Of a stretch of DNA of 64,000 bases, positions 18,629 to 30,468 are shown piece after piece (the stretch's first letter is position 1; every line of letters begins with the position of its first letter). Source of the stretch: an uncultured Anaerolineales bacterium (lineage in GTDB: Bacteria > Chloroflexota > Anaerolineae > CG2-30-64-16). The notes under the pieces were generated by a model. That model did not search any database. It was not told where the DNA came from and was given only the letters and a program-made list of their open reading frames with translations. The stretch is taken from contig CAZELR010000002.1 in the NCBI GenBank assembly GCA_964513075.1, forward strand, positions 1,205 to 65,204, in the 5' to 3' direction. The position numbers and the translations under genes are program-made.

Positions 18629-19537
18629 CTATTCCGCAAACGGCTGGAAGACCGGCGCCAAGTCGCGCTTGCCCGCATACTCCAACTGCGGCTTCTGCGT
18701 GTAGCTACCTTTCAGCTTTTTGGTTACCTTCTGAGCCAACTGGCGATAGGTGAGCTGCCCGCGTGCTTCCTGGATGGTTTCGGCCAGGTAGTATGTGAAC
18801 GCGCCGTGGTAATCTCCTGCGATGTGGGCGTCCGCCGAGGTCTGGTCAGGACGGCAGCCGGCCAACAACACGTTTGACTCGTGGGTGCGCACGGCGCCAA
18901 AACGTTCCTTCTTGAAAGCGATTGTCAGGCCAAGGATCTTGTTGCGCAGTTCCTCATCCGTTAGGTCCTGGCCGCGCAGAGCCTTCACCCCTTGAAACAC
19001 GAATTCCTGCTGGTCGTGGGCGAATTTGGCTGCGGCCGCTTCGATCTTTTCTTCCTCTTCCCAGGATACAGGCAGGAACCGGTACACGACATCTCCGAAG
19101 GGGGCCCGGTTGTTGGTGCCCGAGTGGCAGCTGTCCATCATCAGGGTCAGGTTGCCGCCTTCGGGAAAACGATCGTAGAGAATCTTGAGGGTATCGTCGG
19201 TGAGGAAGCCGACGGATTCGTAATCGAACGGCACCAGGCATTCGTCGCGGCCATCCGGCTCATCGCCGTTTGTATCGGCCACGTAGGAGCCGTGACCTGA
19301 ATAGTGGAAGATGCGCACGGCATCGGAATCTGCGCCCCCCTCTGCCAGCCAGCCGAGCCCAGCCTGGATTCCGGCAGCGGTAGCGTCGCCATCTATCAGT
19401 AGCTTGATATCATTATCCTTGAAGCCGTAGTATTGCTTCAGCAGGCCTCGCACCTGTTGAACGTCGTTGATACAACCGCGCAGGGGCGCGTTAGGGTATG
19501 CATTGATGCCGACCAACAGTGCTTTACGGACTGACAT
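18629..19537 (-). CDS. Caspase-family (C14) peptidase, standalone metacaspase-like
   Basis: Catalytic His-Cys dyad context HYSGHG ... DSCHSG; 302 aa with no accessory domains; GGGAGG RBS. Confidence 0.8.
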   Translation of the reverse strand: MSVRKALLVGINAYPNAPLRGCINDVQQVRGLLKQYYGFKDNDIKLLIDGDATAAGIQAGLGWLAEGGADSDAVRIFHYSGHGSYVADTNGDEPDGRDECLVPFDYESVGFLTDDTLKILYDRFPEGGNLTLMMDSCHSGTNNRAPFGDVVYRFLPVSWEEEEKIEAAAAKFAHDQQEFVFQGVKALRGQDLTDEELRNKILGLTIAFKKERFGAVRTHESNVLLAGCRPDQTSADAHIAGDYHGAFTYYLAETIQEARGQLTYRQLAQKVTKKLKGSYTQKPQLEYAGKRDLAPVFQPFAE

Positions 19538-19575
19538 AGAAGCCTCCCATGTATGAGTGACTAGCCAACATTGTT

Positions 19576-19603
19576 ATTATACTCTCTTGTGAGGCTTTGT
19601 CAA
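19576..19603 (-). promoter_or_regulatory. Near-consensus sigma70 promoter (TTGACA-16-TATAAT) for the metacaspase gene
   Basis: Minus strand reads TTGACA aagcctcacaagagag TATAAT in the 100-bp gap between glnE and the metacaspase gene. Confidence 0.5.
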
Positions 19604-19637
19604 GAGGATTAATCTATGTTTGTGGCTTATTTGTGCA

Positions 19638-22600
19638 TCATCCCAATAATCGTCCCTCCAGCCGTTGCACCCACGCCGCCTGATCGCTGAGCGTGGCGGC
19701 CAGGTGGCCGGGGTCGTGGCCGTAGCCCAGGCGGCGGGCCAGGAACGCAAACTCCTCACTCCCTTCGGGTGGCACGGTGAGGTCCTTGCTGTTGCCGCGC
19801 ACGACCCGCAGCGCGTTGATAAGTTGCTGGAGGAAGATGTGCGCCTGGTGGAGGCGATGGGCGTTTTCCTGTGACAGGAAGCCGTGAGCCGCCAGTGCGG
19901 CGATGGCCGCGCGGGTGTTAGTGAGGCGCAGGTCGGGGTGGACCGCGCCGTGCCGCATCTGCAATCCCTGTACGACGTACTCCACATCCACCAGCCCGCC
20001 CAGGCTGTACTTGGCGTTGAATGCGCCTGGGGTGACGATGTGGCGGAGTTGCCGTTCGCGCATCGCGCGCATGGCGGCCACGTCGAAGCTGCCGGCATCA
20101 TACACGTAGGCATCGCGCAATGCCTCCACCTGCCGGCCCAGGTCGGCGTCTCCAGCGATGGCACGCAGCTTAATGAGGGCCTGCCGCTCATAGGCCCAGG
20201 CGGGACCCTCAGGCGCGAAGTAGCGGCGGAACGCGTCTAGCGGCACGGCAAGACTGCCGGCCTTGCCGTAAGGACGCAGCTCCAGGTCGATCTCAAAGAT
20301 GCCCTCGCGGCGGGCCCAGATCGCGCGGCCGAACTCCGTCACAAGTTTGTCGAAGAATTCAGCGGCGCTGGTGGCACGTGGGCCGCTTGTCTGTCCCGAT
20401 CCGGCGTAGATGAACATCACCTCGATGTCGGACGCGTAACCCAACTCGAAGCCGCCGCATTTGCCCAGCACGCAGACTGCCAACGGGATAGGCGCGCCGT
20501 CTGCCCCGCGCGGCGTGCCGTACTGCGCGGCCAGCTCCTCCTGCACCATGCGTGCGGCCGCTGCGACCACCGTTTCCACCAGGTCGGTCAGCTCGCCGGA
20601 GAACGCGTCGAAGTCCCGCGTATGACCCAGGATATGGCGCATGTCGATGCGGAACATCTCCCGATCCTTGAATGCGTTTAGCGCCGCACGTCGCGCCCCA
20701 AGATCAGGCGCAGTGGCAATTAACGTGCTCAGTTCTGCAGCCAGCTCGACCTTGCGCCGCGGCGCAGCCAGCGCGTCGACATCGGCCACCACCGGGAAGA
20801 GGTTCGCATACTGCATGCGCAGGAAGTCGTCCCAGAGAAACTCGCTGACCCCCAACAGCCGGGCGAGCGCATCCAATACCTCGGGTCGCTCCAGCGAGGC
20901 CAAGTCATCGGGCCATGAGGGTCGGCTGAACAGCTCGCCCAGATACTCGTGGAAGTGCAACAGCGCGGATTCCGGGTTGGGCGAACGCGGCAGCAGGTGG
21001 GTGAAGTGCTTGATGAGCACTGTGGCTGCGCGCAGCTCCCGCTGCCTGTCAGGTGCGGTGATCTTGCCGCCGCGGCTGTCTGTAACAAGGAGCGTGTCCT
21101 GCACCCGGTTGCCTGTCGAGATCACGGACACCTGGCTGATGTGGATGCCGCGCAAGGCCAGGGCGTTGGTGAACTCGTAGAGAAAACCGGGCGTGTCGGC
21201 CGCGCTGATGCGGAGGACGGTGTAGGCTGGCGATGCATCATTGTCGATCTCGATATCTACTGGGGGCAGTGCAGGCGCGGTTGCGATGCTGACCTGCAGC
21301 GCCTCGGCCACGCGTTTGGCCAGTACGCCCTGGGCCATGCGCTGTTCGCGCGCTTGCAGCAGTTCCACCAATGCCAGCAGGTCTGCGCTGTAACGCGGCC
21401 AGATCTTCTTATCAGGCTGCACCGTCGCCACCGGCCGCACCTGGAATACGTCGACAATCTTCCGCCGCGCGTCTGCTGCCTGTCCTCTCTCCCCTGCTCC
21501 CTTGCTCCCCCGCTCCCCAGCTTCCACTCCGGGCTCATACGTATACACATGCCCGTCCACGATGCTGAAGCCGTATGCGAACAACAGCCCGCAGATCACC
21601 GACAGCTCGCCCAGATAGTCGTAGCCAACGATGGTGACGCGCCAGAGATCATCGGCCAGCGGCCGCGCCTCCACCGTAACCGGTGTGGACGCATCCAGCC
21701 GGGCGGCCATGCTCGCGTGTCGCTCGACCTCTGCCGGATCGAAGGTGGCCGCGTAGGAGGGCGCCAGCCGCGCCAGGTGCAAGCGGACCGTGTCCGCCCG
21801 GACCGTGTCCGCCCGGGCTGTGTGCACCTGCAGCGTGTCTTCGTGCGTGGGTGTTGTTTTGGTTGGCTGTTCCGGGATCATGGTCAGGCCTCCGGATGGG
21901 GAGTGGTGTAGGGTCGCGGCTGTGGGCGCCGTCAGATGACGCAGATAGATCGCACGCACTGCCTGGCTGTGCTGCTGGTAGCGCGCAGTGAAATGGACGC
22001 GGGCGTCAGGGCCCTGGAAGCCCAGTCGGCGGGCCAGGTAACGCAGGTCGGCCGGGTTGGCCGGCAGCGTGTGCGTCTGGCGGTAGTCGAGGATCTGCAG
22101 GTAGTGCTCGACCGTGCGCAAGAAAGTGTAGCCCTCCGCCAGGATGCGATGGTCTTCGGCCGGCAAGTAGCCGGCCTCGGCCAGCCGTGCCAGCGCCTCA
22201 CGCGTGTTGCCGGTGCGCAGGCCCGGATGCTCGCGGCCGTGGGCCAGTTGCAGGTATTGGGCCACGAATTCGGCGTCGCGGATGGAACCCTCTCCCAATT
22301 TGACCTCGCCCCAGGTGCGGCCCGCCTCGCGCAGGTGGGCCTCGGTGGCCTGTTTCATGCCGTGCACCTCGACGCGCACCTCCTCCGGGCTTGCGCTGAA
22401 AAGCCGGGGTTCGGCACGGCGCAGGAAGTCCGCCCCGATCTGCTCATCGCCCGCCATAACCCGCGCCTTCAGCAGCGCCTGACGCTCCCAGAGCCGCGCA
22501 TACCGCTCGAGGTAGGCCAGGTAGCCATCGACTGTCGAGACTAGCGGACCGACGCGACCCCAGGGCCGCAGCCGCATGTCGACGCGGTACAAGAATCCTT

Positions 22601-23462
22601 CCGCCGTAGCCTGTGACAGCGCGAAGATCAGCCGCTCGCCCAGCTTTTGAAGATCTCGCATCCGGGCTTCATCATCACCTGTTCCTGCGGCAAGGAAGAG
22701 CAGGTCGATGTCGGAGCTGTAGTTTAGCTCGCCGCCGCCCAGCTTGCCCATGCCCAAGACGGTGAACCCCTCAGGCTCGACGCCGAGCTGTGCGGCAACG
22801 ATCTCCAGCGCGGCCCGAATGATGCTCTCGGCCAGATGCGAAAGCTGCGCGGTCACGGATGCTAACTCAAGCAGCCCGCCCAGGTCTGCGATGCCGATGC
22901 GCAGCAGCTCGCGTTGCTGGTAGCGCCGGAGCGCGTCCAGGGCGGCCGCGGGATCATCTCCTGAATTTAGGCATAGCCAGGGAACGACGGCCGCACGAGC
23001 CTCGGCCAGCAGGCGATCGGGGCTTTTGAGCTGCGCCAGCCCGTTGCGCTCGGCCAACAGCACAAAATAGCCGGGGTTGCGCAGGAGGATATCGGTGAGG
23101 TATTGGCTGCCGGCCAGCAGCGTGACCAGCCTCTCTAGGGTGTGTGGTTCGTCCGCCAGCCGCGCCAGCAGTACGTCCGGATCCGGCTGGCTCTGTAGGA
23201 AGCGTTCTAGGTTGATGAGTGCGCGGTCGGGGCTGGCAGCCTCCGTGAGACCGCGCAGTAGGGGCGGCAGGAGGCGCTCGAGAGCTGCGCTTTCTTCTGT
23301 GGATCTGCCCAACGTCCGCAGCCGCCGCGCCGCTCCATGCCAGTCCTCCAGGCCCAGGGGTGCCAACAGCTCCTGGGCCTGGGTGTCAGACGCCAGGCGG
23401 GCGAGGATAACGTTCACTCTATGATGGTAACGTCTGCCCGCAACCCGCGCAGAAGCGGTCAC
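19638..23462 (-). CDS. glnE: Glutamine synthetase adenylyltransferase/adenylyl-removase with inserted tandem ACT domains
   Basis: Two GlnE-type nucleotidyltransferase domains (GMGKLGGGELNYSSDIDLLF and LGKCGGFELGYASDIEVMF) separated by two ACT-like segments; 1274 aa. Confidence 0.8.
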   Translation of the reverse strand: MTASARVAGRRYHHRVNVILARLASDTQAQELLAPLGLEDWHGAARRLRTLGRSTEESAALERLLPPLLRGLTEAASPDRALINLERFLQSQPDPDVLLARLADEPHTLERLVTLLAGSQYLTDILLRNPGYFVLLAERNGLAQLKSPDRLLAEARAAVVPWLCLNSGDDPAAALDALRRYQQRELLRIGIADLGGLLELASVTAQLSHLAESIIRAALEIVAAQLGVEPEGFTVLGMGKLGGGELNYSSDIDLLFLAAGTGDDEARMRDLQKLGERLIFALSQATAEGFLYRVDMRLRPWGRVGPLVSTVDGYLAYLERYARLWERQALLKARVMAGDEQIGADFLRRAEPRLFSASPEEVRVEVHGMKQATEAHLREAGRTWGEVKLGEGSIRDAEFVAQYLQLAHGREHPGLRTGNTREALARLAEAGYLPAEDHRILAEGYTFLRTVEHYLQILDYRQTHTLPANPADLRYLARRLGFQGPDARVHFTARYQQHSQAVRAIYLRHLTAPTAATLHHSPSGGLTMIPEQPTKTTPTHEDTLQVHTARADTVRADTVRLHLARLAPSYAATFDPAEVERHASMAARLDASTPVTVEARPLADDLWRVTIVGYDYLGELSVICGLLFAYGFSIVDGHVYTYEPGVEAGERGSKGAGERGQAADARRKIVDVFQVRPVATVQPDKKIWPRYSADLLALVELLQAREQRMAQGVLAKRVAEALQVSIATAPALPPVDIEIDNDASPAYTVLRISAADTPGFLYEFTNALALRGIHISQVSVISTGNRVQDTLLVTDSRGGKITAPDRQRELRAATVLIKHFTHLLPRSPNPESALLHFHEYLGELFSRPSWPDDLASLERPEVLDALARLLGVSEFLWDDFLRMQYANLFPVVADVDALAAPRRKVELAAELSTLIATAPDLGARRAALNAFKDREMFRIDMRHILGHTRDFDAFSGELTDLVETVVAAAARMVQEELAAQYGTPRGADGAPIPLAVCVLGKCGGFELGYASDIEVMFIYAGSGQTSGPRATSAAEFFDKLVTEFGRAIWARREGIFEIDLELRPYGKAGSLAVPLDAFRRYFAPEGPAWAYERQALIKLRAIAGDADLGRQVEALRDAYVYDAGSFDVAAMRAMRERQLRHIVTPGAFNAKYSLGGLVDVEYVVQGLQMRHGAVHPDLRLTNTRAAIAALAAHGFLSQENAHRLHQAHIFLQQLINALRVVRGNSKDLTVPPEGSEEFAFLARRLGYGHDPGHLAATLSDQAAWVQRLEGRLLG
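21481..21530. repeat. CTCCCCTGCTCCC-type tandem mini-array inside glnE, family F
   Basis: Similar arrays at 8663-8706 (intergenic between the DAHP synthase gene and tyrA) and 59095-59140 (inside pbpC). Confidence 0.6.
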
Positions 23463-23964
23463 CGGGTTGATAGGGCTGGCCGCAGGCGGAGCAGGCGAGC
23501 GTGGCCGCTACATCGTTAGCCGGCGCGCGTTGGGAGGGCAGGGCCGCGCCGCATGCCGCGCAGAACTTGTCTTCAGGTGCGGCAGGTTTGCCACACGCCG
23601 GACAGGAGCGGCCGCTGGCGACGAGGCCCGCGTGGCGCTGGCGGATTGAGCGCTCAATGACAGAATCCAGCTCTTCGTCGATCTCGGTCTCCAAGCCGTC
23701 CAGCGCGCGTAAGGAATTGGCTGCGGCCTGTTTGAGGCGTGCTTCGAAGGCGACAAAGTCCTCGTCGGTGATCTTGCCCACTCGATGGTCGAAGTTCAGC
23801 TCGCGCAGCGCCTGAAATGCAGCGTCACGCTGCGCTAACAATTCGTCCAGCTTCTCTTGCACAGAAACGGTTGCGGGCTGGATCGAGCCTGAACGGCGGA
23901 TGATGGGATAGGCCACCCCAAACAAGGCGATGGCTGCGAGTAGGATGGCTGAGACGATGAGCAT
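23419..23964 (-). CDS. Membrane-anchored protein with C-terminal double zinc ribbon
   Basis: N-terminal TM segment, coiled-coil region, C-terminal CPACG...FCAACG...CSACG...FCAGCG. Confidence 0.5.
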   Translation of the reverse strand: MLIVSAILLAAIALFGVAYPIIRRSGSIQPATVSVQEKLDELLAQRDAAFQALRELNFDHRVGKITDEDFVAFEARLKQAAANSLRALDGLETEIDEELDSVIERSIRQRHAGLVASGRSCPACGKPAAPEDKFCAACGAALPSQRAPANDVAATLACSACGQPYQPGDRFCAGCGQTLPS

Positions 23965-23988
23965 GCTTTAATTCCAGTCACAAACCCT

Positions 23989-24033
23989 CGTTTTCCAAAC
24001 CAGGTTTCGCCGAGAAACCTGGTTTGGAAAACG
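23989..24033. repeat. REP-like perfect 20-bp palindrome with 5-nt loop
   Basis: cgttttccaaaccaggtttc-gccga-gaaacctggtttggaaaacg; related core aaacc(a/c)gg(a/t)ttc in the 29448-29486 palindrome. Confidence 0.7.
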
Positions 24034-24037
24034 AGAT

Positions 24038-26089
<2,052 letters not shown>

Positions 26090-26207
26090 GGTGTTGTCTC
26101 CAAGCTACGACTGCGTGTTGCGTACTACGTACTGCGCGTATCGTACTACGAATTGGTCCAGGCTGACGGTGGGATCCAATACGAAGCGCGCAGCATGCCG
26201 TATGATT

Positions 26208-26786
26208 TTACTTCGGCATGATTTGTGCGATGCGCTCTTCCAATTCCTCAGCCGTCAGTGGGCCGATTTTGCGGCAGCCGACGATTTTGCCTTCGGGATC
26301 GACAAAGAAGGTCTCCGGCACGCCGCGGATGGTGTAGCGCTTGGAGATCTTGCTGGCGAGATCCGCTCCGTTGGGGTAGGTGATATCGAATTTTGCCAGG
26401 TAGCGCTTGGCCGCAGGGTCCTGGTCCAGGTAATCCACGCCTATGAAGACGATGCCCTGATCCTTATACTTGCGCCAGGCGGCCTCTATTTCGGCAGCCT
26501 CCTGTTCACACGGGCCGCACCAGCTCGCCCAGAAGTTGAGTACAACCCCCTTGCCGCGTAAATCGGCCAGGCTGACGGTCTCGCTCGGCCAGCCGCCGTT
26601 GTATTCGGGGAAGAGAGTCAGGGTGAGATCGGGCGCGGCCTCATCGCACAGGCTCTTCTGCGGCGGTTTGATCAGCATCATGATGAGCAGTCCACCGATA
26701 AACAGGACGCCGATGCCCAGGACGATGGCCCAGCCGGGCAGTTTGCGCTTCGATTGAGGGGTAGCTGAATCTGTGTTTTCAGTCAT
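26208..26786 (-). CDS. ccmG: Thiol:disulfide oxidoreductase, TlpA/CcmG (DsbE) family
   Basis: Thioredoxin fold with WASWCGPC active site; N-terminal TM anchor; start MTENTDS at 26786. Confidence 0.8.
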   Translation of the reverse strand: MTENTDSATPQSKRKLPGWAIVLGIGVLFIGGLLIMMLIKPPQKSLCDEAAPDLTLTLFPEYNGGWPSETVSLADLRGKGVVLNFWASWCGPCEQEAAEIEAAWRKYKDQGIVFIGVDYLDQDPAAKRYLAKFDITYPNGADLASKISKRYTIRGVPETFFVDPEGKIVGCRKIGPLTAEELEERIAQIMPK

Positions 26787-26810
26787 AGCGTATTCCTGGT
26801 CAGTGTGCCT

Positions 26811-26845
26811 CAAGTTTGGCATCCCTCGCAGGGATGCCAAACTTG
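26811..26845. repeat. Perfect 15-bp palindrome with 5-nt loop between ccmH and ccmG
   Basis: caagtttggcatccc-tcgca-gggatgccaaacttg; no flanking U-tract on either strand. Confidence 0.65.
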
Positions 26846-26851
26846 AGTTGC

Positions 26852-27361
26852 TCATTCGTCAAGCTGCTTCAGCTCTTGCTCCACGCGTGCAAGATACTCG
26901 TCGCCCGCAGGCTTTTTTGTGCTCGGCTCAAGCAAGGTCGCTTCGGGCGAAGCCGCCTGCGTGATCGGCTTGCGCCGCCGCCAGGTGAAGATCAGATAGG
27001 CCACCCACCCCAGGCCCACCACTGCGGCCAGGACGGGGAAGATCCAGGCGATCAGGTTGAAACCCTCCTTTGACGGCTGGCCCAGCACCACGTCACCGTA
27101 TTGTTGGACAAAGTAGGCCTTGATCTGCTCCTTACTTTCGCCTGCTATCAGCTTTTCAGCGATGACCTCGCGCATCTGGATGCACGCCTGCAGCTCGCAG
27201 TTGTCGAGCCGCACGCCGTTGCACAACGGGCACCATAGATCGCGGGCGATCGCATTGATTTCGTTAGGGGTGGGCGTCTGCGCCAGGGCCGGTGATGCCA
27301 GCAATGCCAGAACTACGGCCACAACTATGGCCATGACACAGAGCGCTGCAGCTCGTTTCAT
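26852..27361 (-). CDS. ccmH: Cytochrome c-type biogenesis protein CcmH-like
   Basis: Signal peptide followed by LWCPLCNG (CcmH LRCxxC-type motif) and a C-terminal TM; start MKRAAAL at 27361. Confidence 0.65.
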   Translation of the reverse strand: MKRAAALCVMAIVVAVVLALLASPALAQTPTPNEINAIARDLWCPLCNGVRLDNCELQACIQMREVIAEKLIAGESKEQIKAYFVQQYGDVVLGQPSKEGFNLIAWIFPVLAAVVGLGWVAYLIFTWRRRKPITQAASPEATLLEPSTKKPAGDEYLARVEQELKQLDE

Positions 27362-27386
27362 CAAACTATCTGCCTCCACTGATAAA

Positions 27387-28322
27387 CTAGCCTCGCCGCG
27401 GCGCGCCGCATTGCGCGCAAAAGCGGTCGTCGGGCCGATGCCGGTGTCCGCATTGCGTGCAAAAGTCGGCAGCATCAGCGGCTGGCTCGGGGGTGCGTTG
27501 TACTCGCGCTGAGGGGACATGCGGGCGTTTGGCTGTCTCGAGGGCTGGCCGCCGGCGGCGGGATAACAGCCAGTGGACAAAAAAGGCCATGAGCATTATG
27601 GCGCCCGCGCCGATGAACACCCACGGCAGCCAGCCGCCGATGTCGGGCCTGCTCGATGATGCGCTCGAGGTGGCCGGCGTTGGGGATGAGTTTGTTACGG
27701 CTAGTTGCGGGCTGGATACACCGGAGTCGGCCTTTGTATAGCGCAGAACGATCTTCAGCATTTCGCCGGCCGCCAGATTGGCGCGTCTAAATACATAATA
27801 TGTCAGGCCATCTGTGCGGGTTTCGCTGCTCTCAGCCGCGGGGTCCACGCTGAAATCAGTGGCGCGGGCCGGTTGCTGCACCGTGACCGCAAGCGTCTCA
27901 ATGGCGTAGGGCGCCTGAAAAGAGTAAACGATCTCGCGTTGGTTGCCTGAGGGCTGCCGGTCGACGTAATATTCGAGGTGGAACGACGCGGCAGGCAGTT
28001 GCCTGTAGATCAATTTACTTTCACTGATCTCAGAGGCCGCTGTGAGCAGGCCGCCCGCAGCATCAGGATAAGCTGCCTGGACGTTGCGCGCGCCGGCGGG
28101 TAACGGGATGCTGATATCGCGCGGGAAGCTGGTCGGCTCCGTAAAGTCCCCCGCAAAGATCACCAGCAGGCCCGGATCGTCGTACTCGGGCCAGAGGAGT
28201 AATGAAGCAGTTTTGATCGTCGGAGGCGCGTCTTGAGCCATCACCGGCAGCGCGCTCAGGATAAGGATCAGCGCGCCGGCCAGGATGCCTGCCATAAGCC
28301 CCAGAGACCGATAGCGATTCAT
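27387..28322 (-). CDS. Exported/membrane protein with cytoplasmic C-terminal zinc ribbon
   Basis: Signal peptide, large extracytoplasmic domain, one TM, C-terminal FCTQCGHRHRPDDRFCAQCG. Confidence 0.5.
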   Translation of the reverse strand: MNRYRSLGLMAGILAGALILILSALPVMAQDAPPTIKTASLLLWPEYDDPGLLVIFAGDFTEPTSFPRDISIPLPAGARNVQAAYPDAAGGLLTAASEISESKLIYRQLPAASFHLEYYVDRQPSGNQREIVYSFQAPYAIETLAVTVQQPARATDFSVDPAAESSETRTDGLTYYVFRRANLAAGEMLKIVLRYTKADSGVSSPQLAVTNSSPTPATSSASSSRPDIGGWLPWVFIGAGAIMLMAFFVHWLLSRRRRPALETAKRPHVPSARVQRTPEPAADAADFCTQCGHRHRPDDRFCAQCGAPRRG

Positions 28323-28559
28323 ACGGTTGCAACTCCAGCATAATAGGAATAGAATAAATATTATAGCACACAGCAGCCTGGAGGCAAAGGCGCAACAAAA
28401 CTTCTTTGAGGGTTGTCGCTGCAGTTCACATTCGTGCCAGTCCCGTCATCTAATATATAGCATATTGTGCTATTGAGAGTTGACAAATTGTGCGCAACTA
28501 GTGTATCATCTGAGAGCAACGATTCAGAAGAATCGCTTGATATAAGTGAGGTGACAAAT

Positions 28560-29441
28560 ATGCGTTGGCCTTCGTTTTTCTCCCGTGGCCTGAGCCGAAG
28601 TCGGCCGTTTTCGAGGCATCATCCAGTCTTGCTGACGGCATTGCTGCTGTTCACGTTTGTCGCCGTGAACGTAGTCTCTGTATCTCCTGCGGCTGCTGCA
28701 CCTGCTGCCGATCAGACCGTCTACGTGGTGCGTGCTGGCGACACGCTGGCGCGTATTTCGGCCCGCTACGGCGTTTCGATAGCTGCCTTGGTGAGCGCCA
28801 ACGGCATCACAAATCCCAACCGGATCTTCGTCGGTCAGACGCTGATCATTCCTGGGGTTAACGGCGGTGGCACATTGCCTGCTCCTAGCCCGGCTCCCGG
28901 CACAGGCAGTATCTACATCGTCCAGCCTGGCGATACCCTCAGCAGAATAGCGGTTCGTTACGGCACGACTGTTGCGGCTTTGTTGGCTGCGAACGGCTTG
29001 ACGAATCCCGACCGAATCTGGGTTGGCCAGCGGCTGCGCATCGGCAGCGGGGGCGGCGCACCGCCTGCGCCTGTGACAGGGTCTTCGGGGGAGCGTTGGA
29101 TCGATGTGAACCTGAGCGCTCAGACCTTGACAGCCTACCAAGGCAACACGCCGGTCTTCTCAGCCCTCATCAGCGGCGGCTTGGCTGGCACTCCCACGGT
29201 TGTAGGACGGTTCAAAATCTATACGAAGCTGACCTCCACGCGTATGACCGGGCCGGGGTACGATTTGCCCAATGTTCCCTACACGATGTATTTCTATCGG
29301 GGCTATGCGATCCATGGCACCTATTGGCACAACAACTTCGGCACCCCGATGAGCCACGGCTGCGTTAACATGCGAACACAGGACGCGGCGTGGGTGTTCA
29401 ACTGGGCTAGCATCGGCACCACGGTGGTAACACATTGGTGA
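28560..29441 (+). CDS. L,D-transpeptidase with two LysM domains
   Basis: Two LysM repeats ([13 protein letters not shown]..., [13 protein letters not shown]...) and a YkuD catalytic motif HGTYW...SHGCVNM; TTGACA-18-TATCAT promoter and AGGTGA RBS upstream. Confidence 0.85.
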   Translation: MRWPSFFSRGLSRSRPFSRHHPVLLTALLLFTFVAVNVVSVSPAAAAPAADQTVYVVRAGDTLARISARYGVSIAALVSANGITNPNRIFVGQTLIIPGVNGGGTLPAPSPAPGTGSIYIVQPGDTLSRIAVRYGTTVAALLAANGLTNPDRIWVGQRLRIGSGGGAPPAPVTGSSGERWIDVNLSAQTLTAYQGNTPVFSALISGGLAGTPTVVGRFKIYTKLTSTRMTGPGYDLPNVPYTMYFYRGYAIHGTYWHNNFGTPMSHGCVNMRTQDAAWVFNWASIGTTVVTHW

Positions 29442-29447
29442 TCACCT

Positions 29448-29486
29448 ATCAGAAACCCGGATTCAGGGAGAATCCGGGTTTCTGAT
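29448..29486. repeat. REP-like perfect 17-bp palindrome with 5-nt loop between convergent genes
   Basis: atcagaaacccggattc-aggga-gaatccgggtttctgat. Confidence 0.7.
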
Positions 29487-29511
29487 ATGCATGGTTTCGG
29501 TTGGCGTCTTG

Positions 29512-30468
29512 TCACCGCGGCGACGACTGTGCACCGGCGCCGTTGCGGGCAAAGCGAGGATCCTCCGCCAGCAGTCGCTCCAGTCCCTCTGTCAGAGACA
29601 CCTTCGGCCGATAGCCTAGCAGGCGTTGGGCCACATTCAGATCAGCTACCAGGCGAGAGATGCCGCCGCCCTCTTGGGGGTTATAGATCACCTCCGGCTG
29701 GCGTTGTGTGACTTGCCCAAGCGTGGCGATGAGCGTGTGGATGCTAGTCTCTTGGCCTGAACCGATATTGATCACCTTGCGGTCAACATCTGCAGCCGTG
29801 GCGGCTGCGATCAGCGCATCTACGACATCGTCGATATAAACGAAATCGCGGGTCTGCTGGCCGTTGCCATGCACTACTACCGATGTGCGGTTTAGTACGC
29901 TCCTCGCGAAGTGGGGCACGACTGGCGCGTGCACCGGCGGGATGCGTTGACCCGGACCGTAGGCATTGAAGATGCGTAGTGCCACCGTTTCGATGCTGTT
30001 CAACGCGCCTAAAGCAAATACGTAATGCTCGGCCGCCAGTTTGCTGACCGCATAGGGTGCTTGAGGGTGCGGCCAAGCTGTCTCAGGTACAGGTTGCTGC
30101 GGCTGGGGCCCATATACTGTGGCCGAGGAGCCGAGCACGATGCGCTTGACGCCCGCATCCCGCGTGGCTTCAGCCAGGCTTACCGTGCCGCCGACGTTGA
30201 CATCATTGTACTCACGCGGATAGAGGACCGATTCTTGGACCGACACGCGGGCGGCCAGGTGGAAGACGCAATCGACGTGCTGCAGCAGCGTCCATAGCTT
30301 CGGCCGGTCGCGCACGTCACCCCGCGTGAATAGAACATCGGAATGCAGCCGGGAGGGATCCCCTGCGCTCAGGTCGTCCAGTACGCGCACATGATGGCCG
30401 GCTTTACTCAGACGGTTAGCCAGTGCTGTACCGATGAACCCGGCGCCGCCGGTGATCAAAAAACGCAT
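29512..30468 (-). CDS. NAD-dependent epimerase/dehydratase (UDP-sugar 4-epimerase-like SDR)
   Basis: GGAGFIG Rossmann motif and the YxxxK catalytic motif (YAVSK). Confidence 0.85.
   Translation of the reverse strand: MRFLITGGAGFIGTALANRLSKAGHHVRVLDDLSAGDPSRLHSDVLFTRGDVRDRPKLWTLLQHVDCVFHLAARVSVQESVLYPREYNDVNVGGTVSLAEATRDAGVKRIVLGSSATVYGPQPQQPVPETAWPHPQAPYAVSKLAAEHYVFALGALNSIETVALRIFNAYGPGQRIPPVHAPVVPHFARSVLNRTSVVVHGNGQQTRDFVYIDDVVDALIAAATAADVDRKVINIGSGQETSIHTLIATLGQVTQRQPEVIYNPQEGGGISRLVADLNVAQRLLGYRPKVSLTEGLERLLAEDPRFARNGAGAQSSPR

Noticed and set aside
19577-20191. 204-aa ORF overlapping the glnE 3' end
   Set aside because: Alternative frame of the glnE coding region; no homology signal
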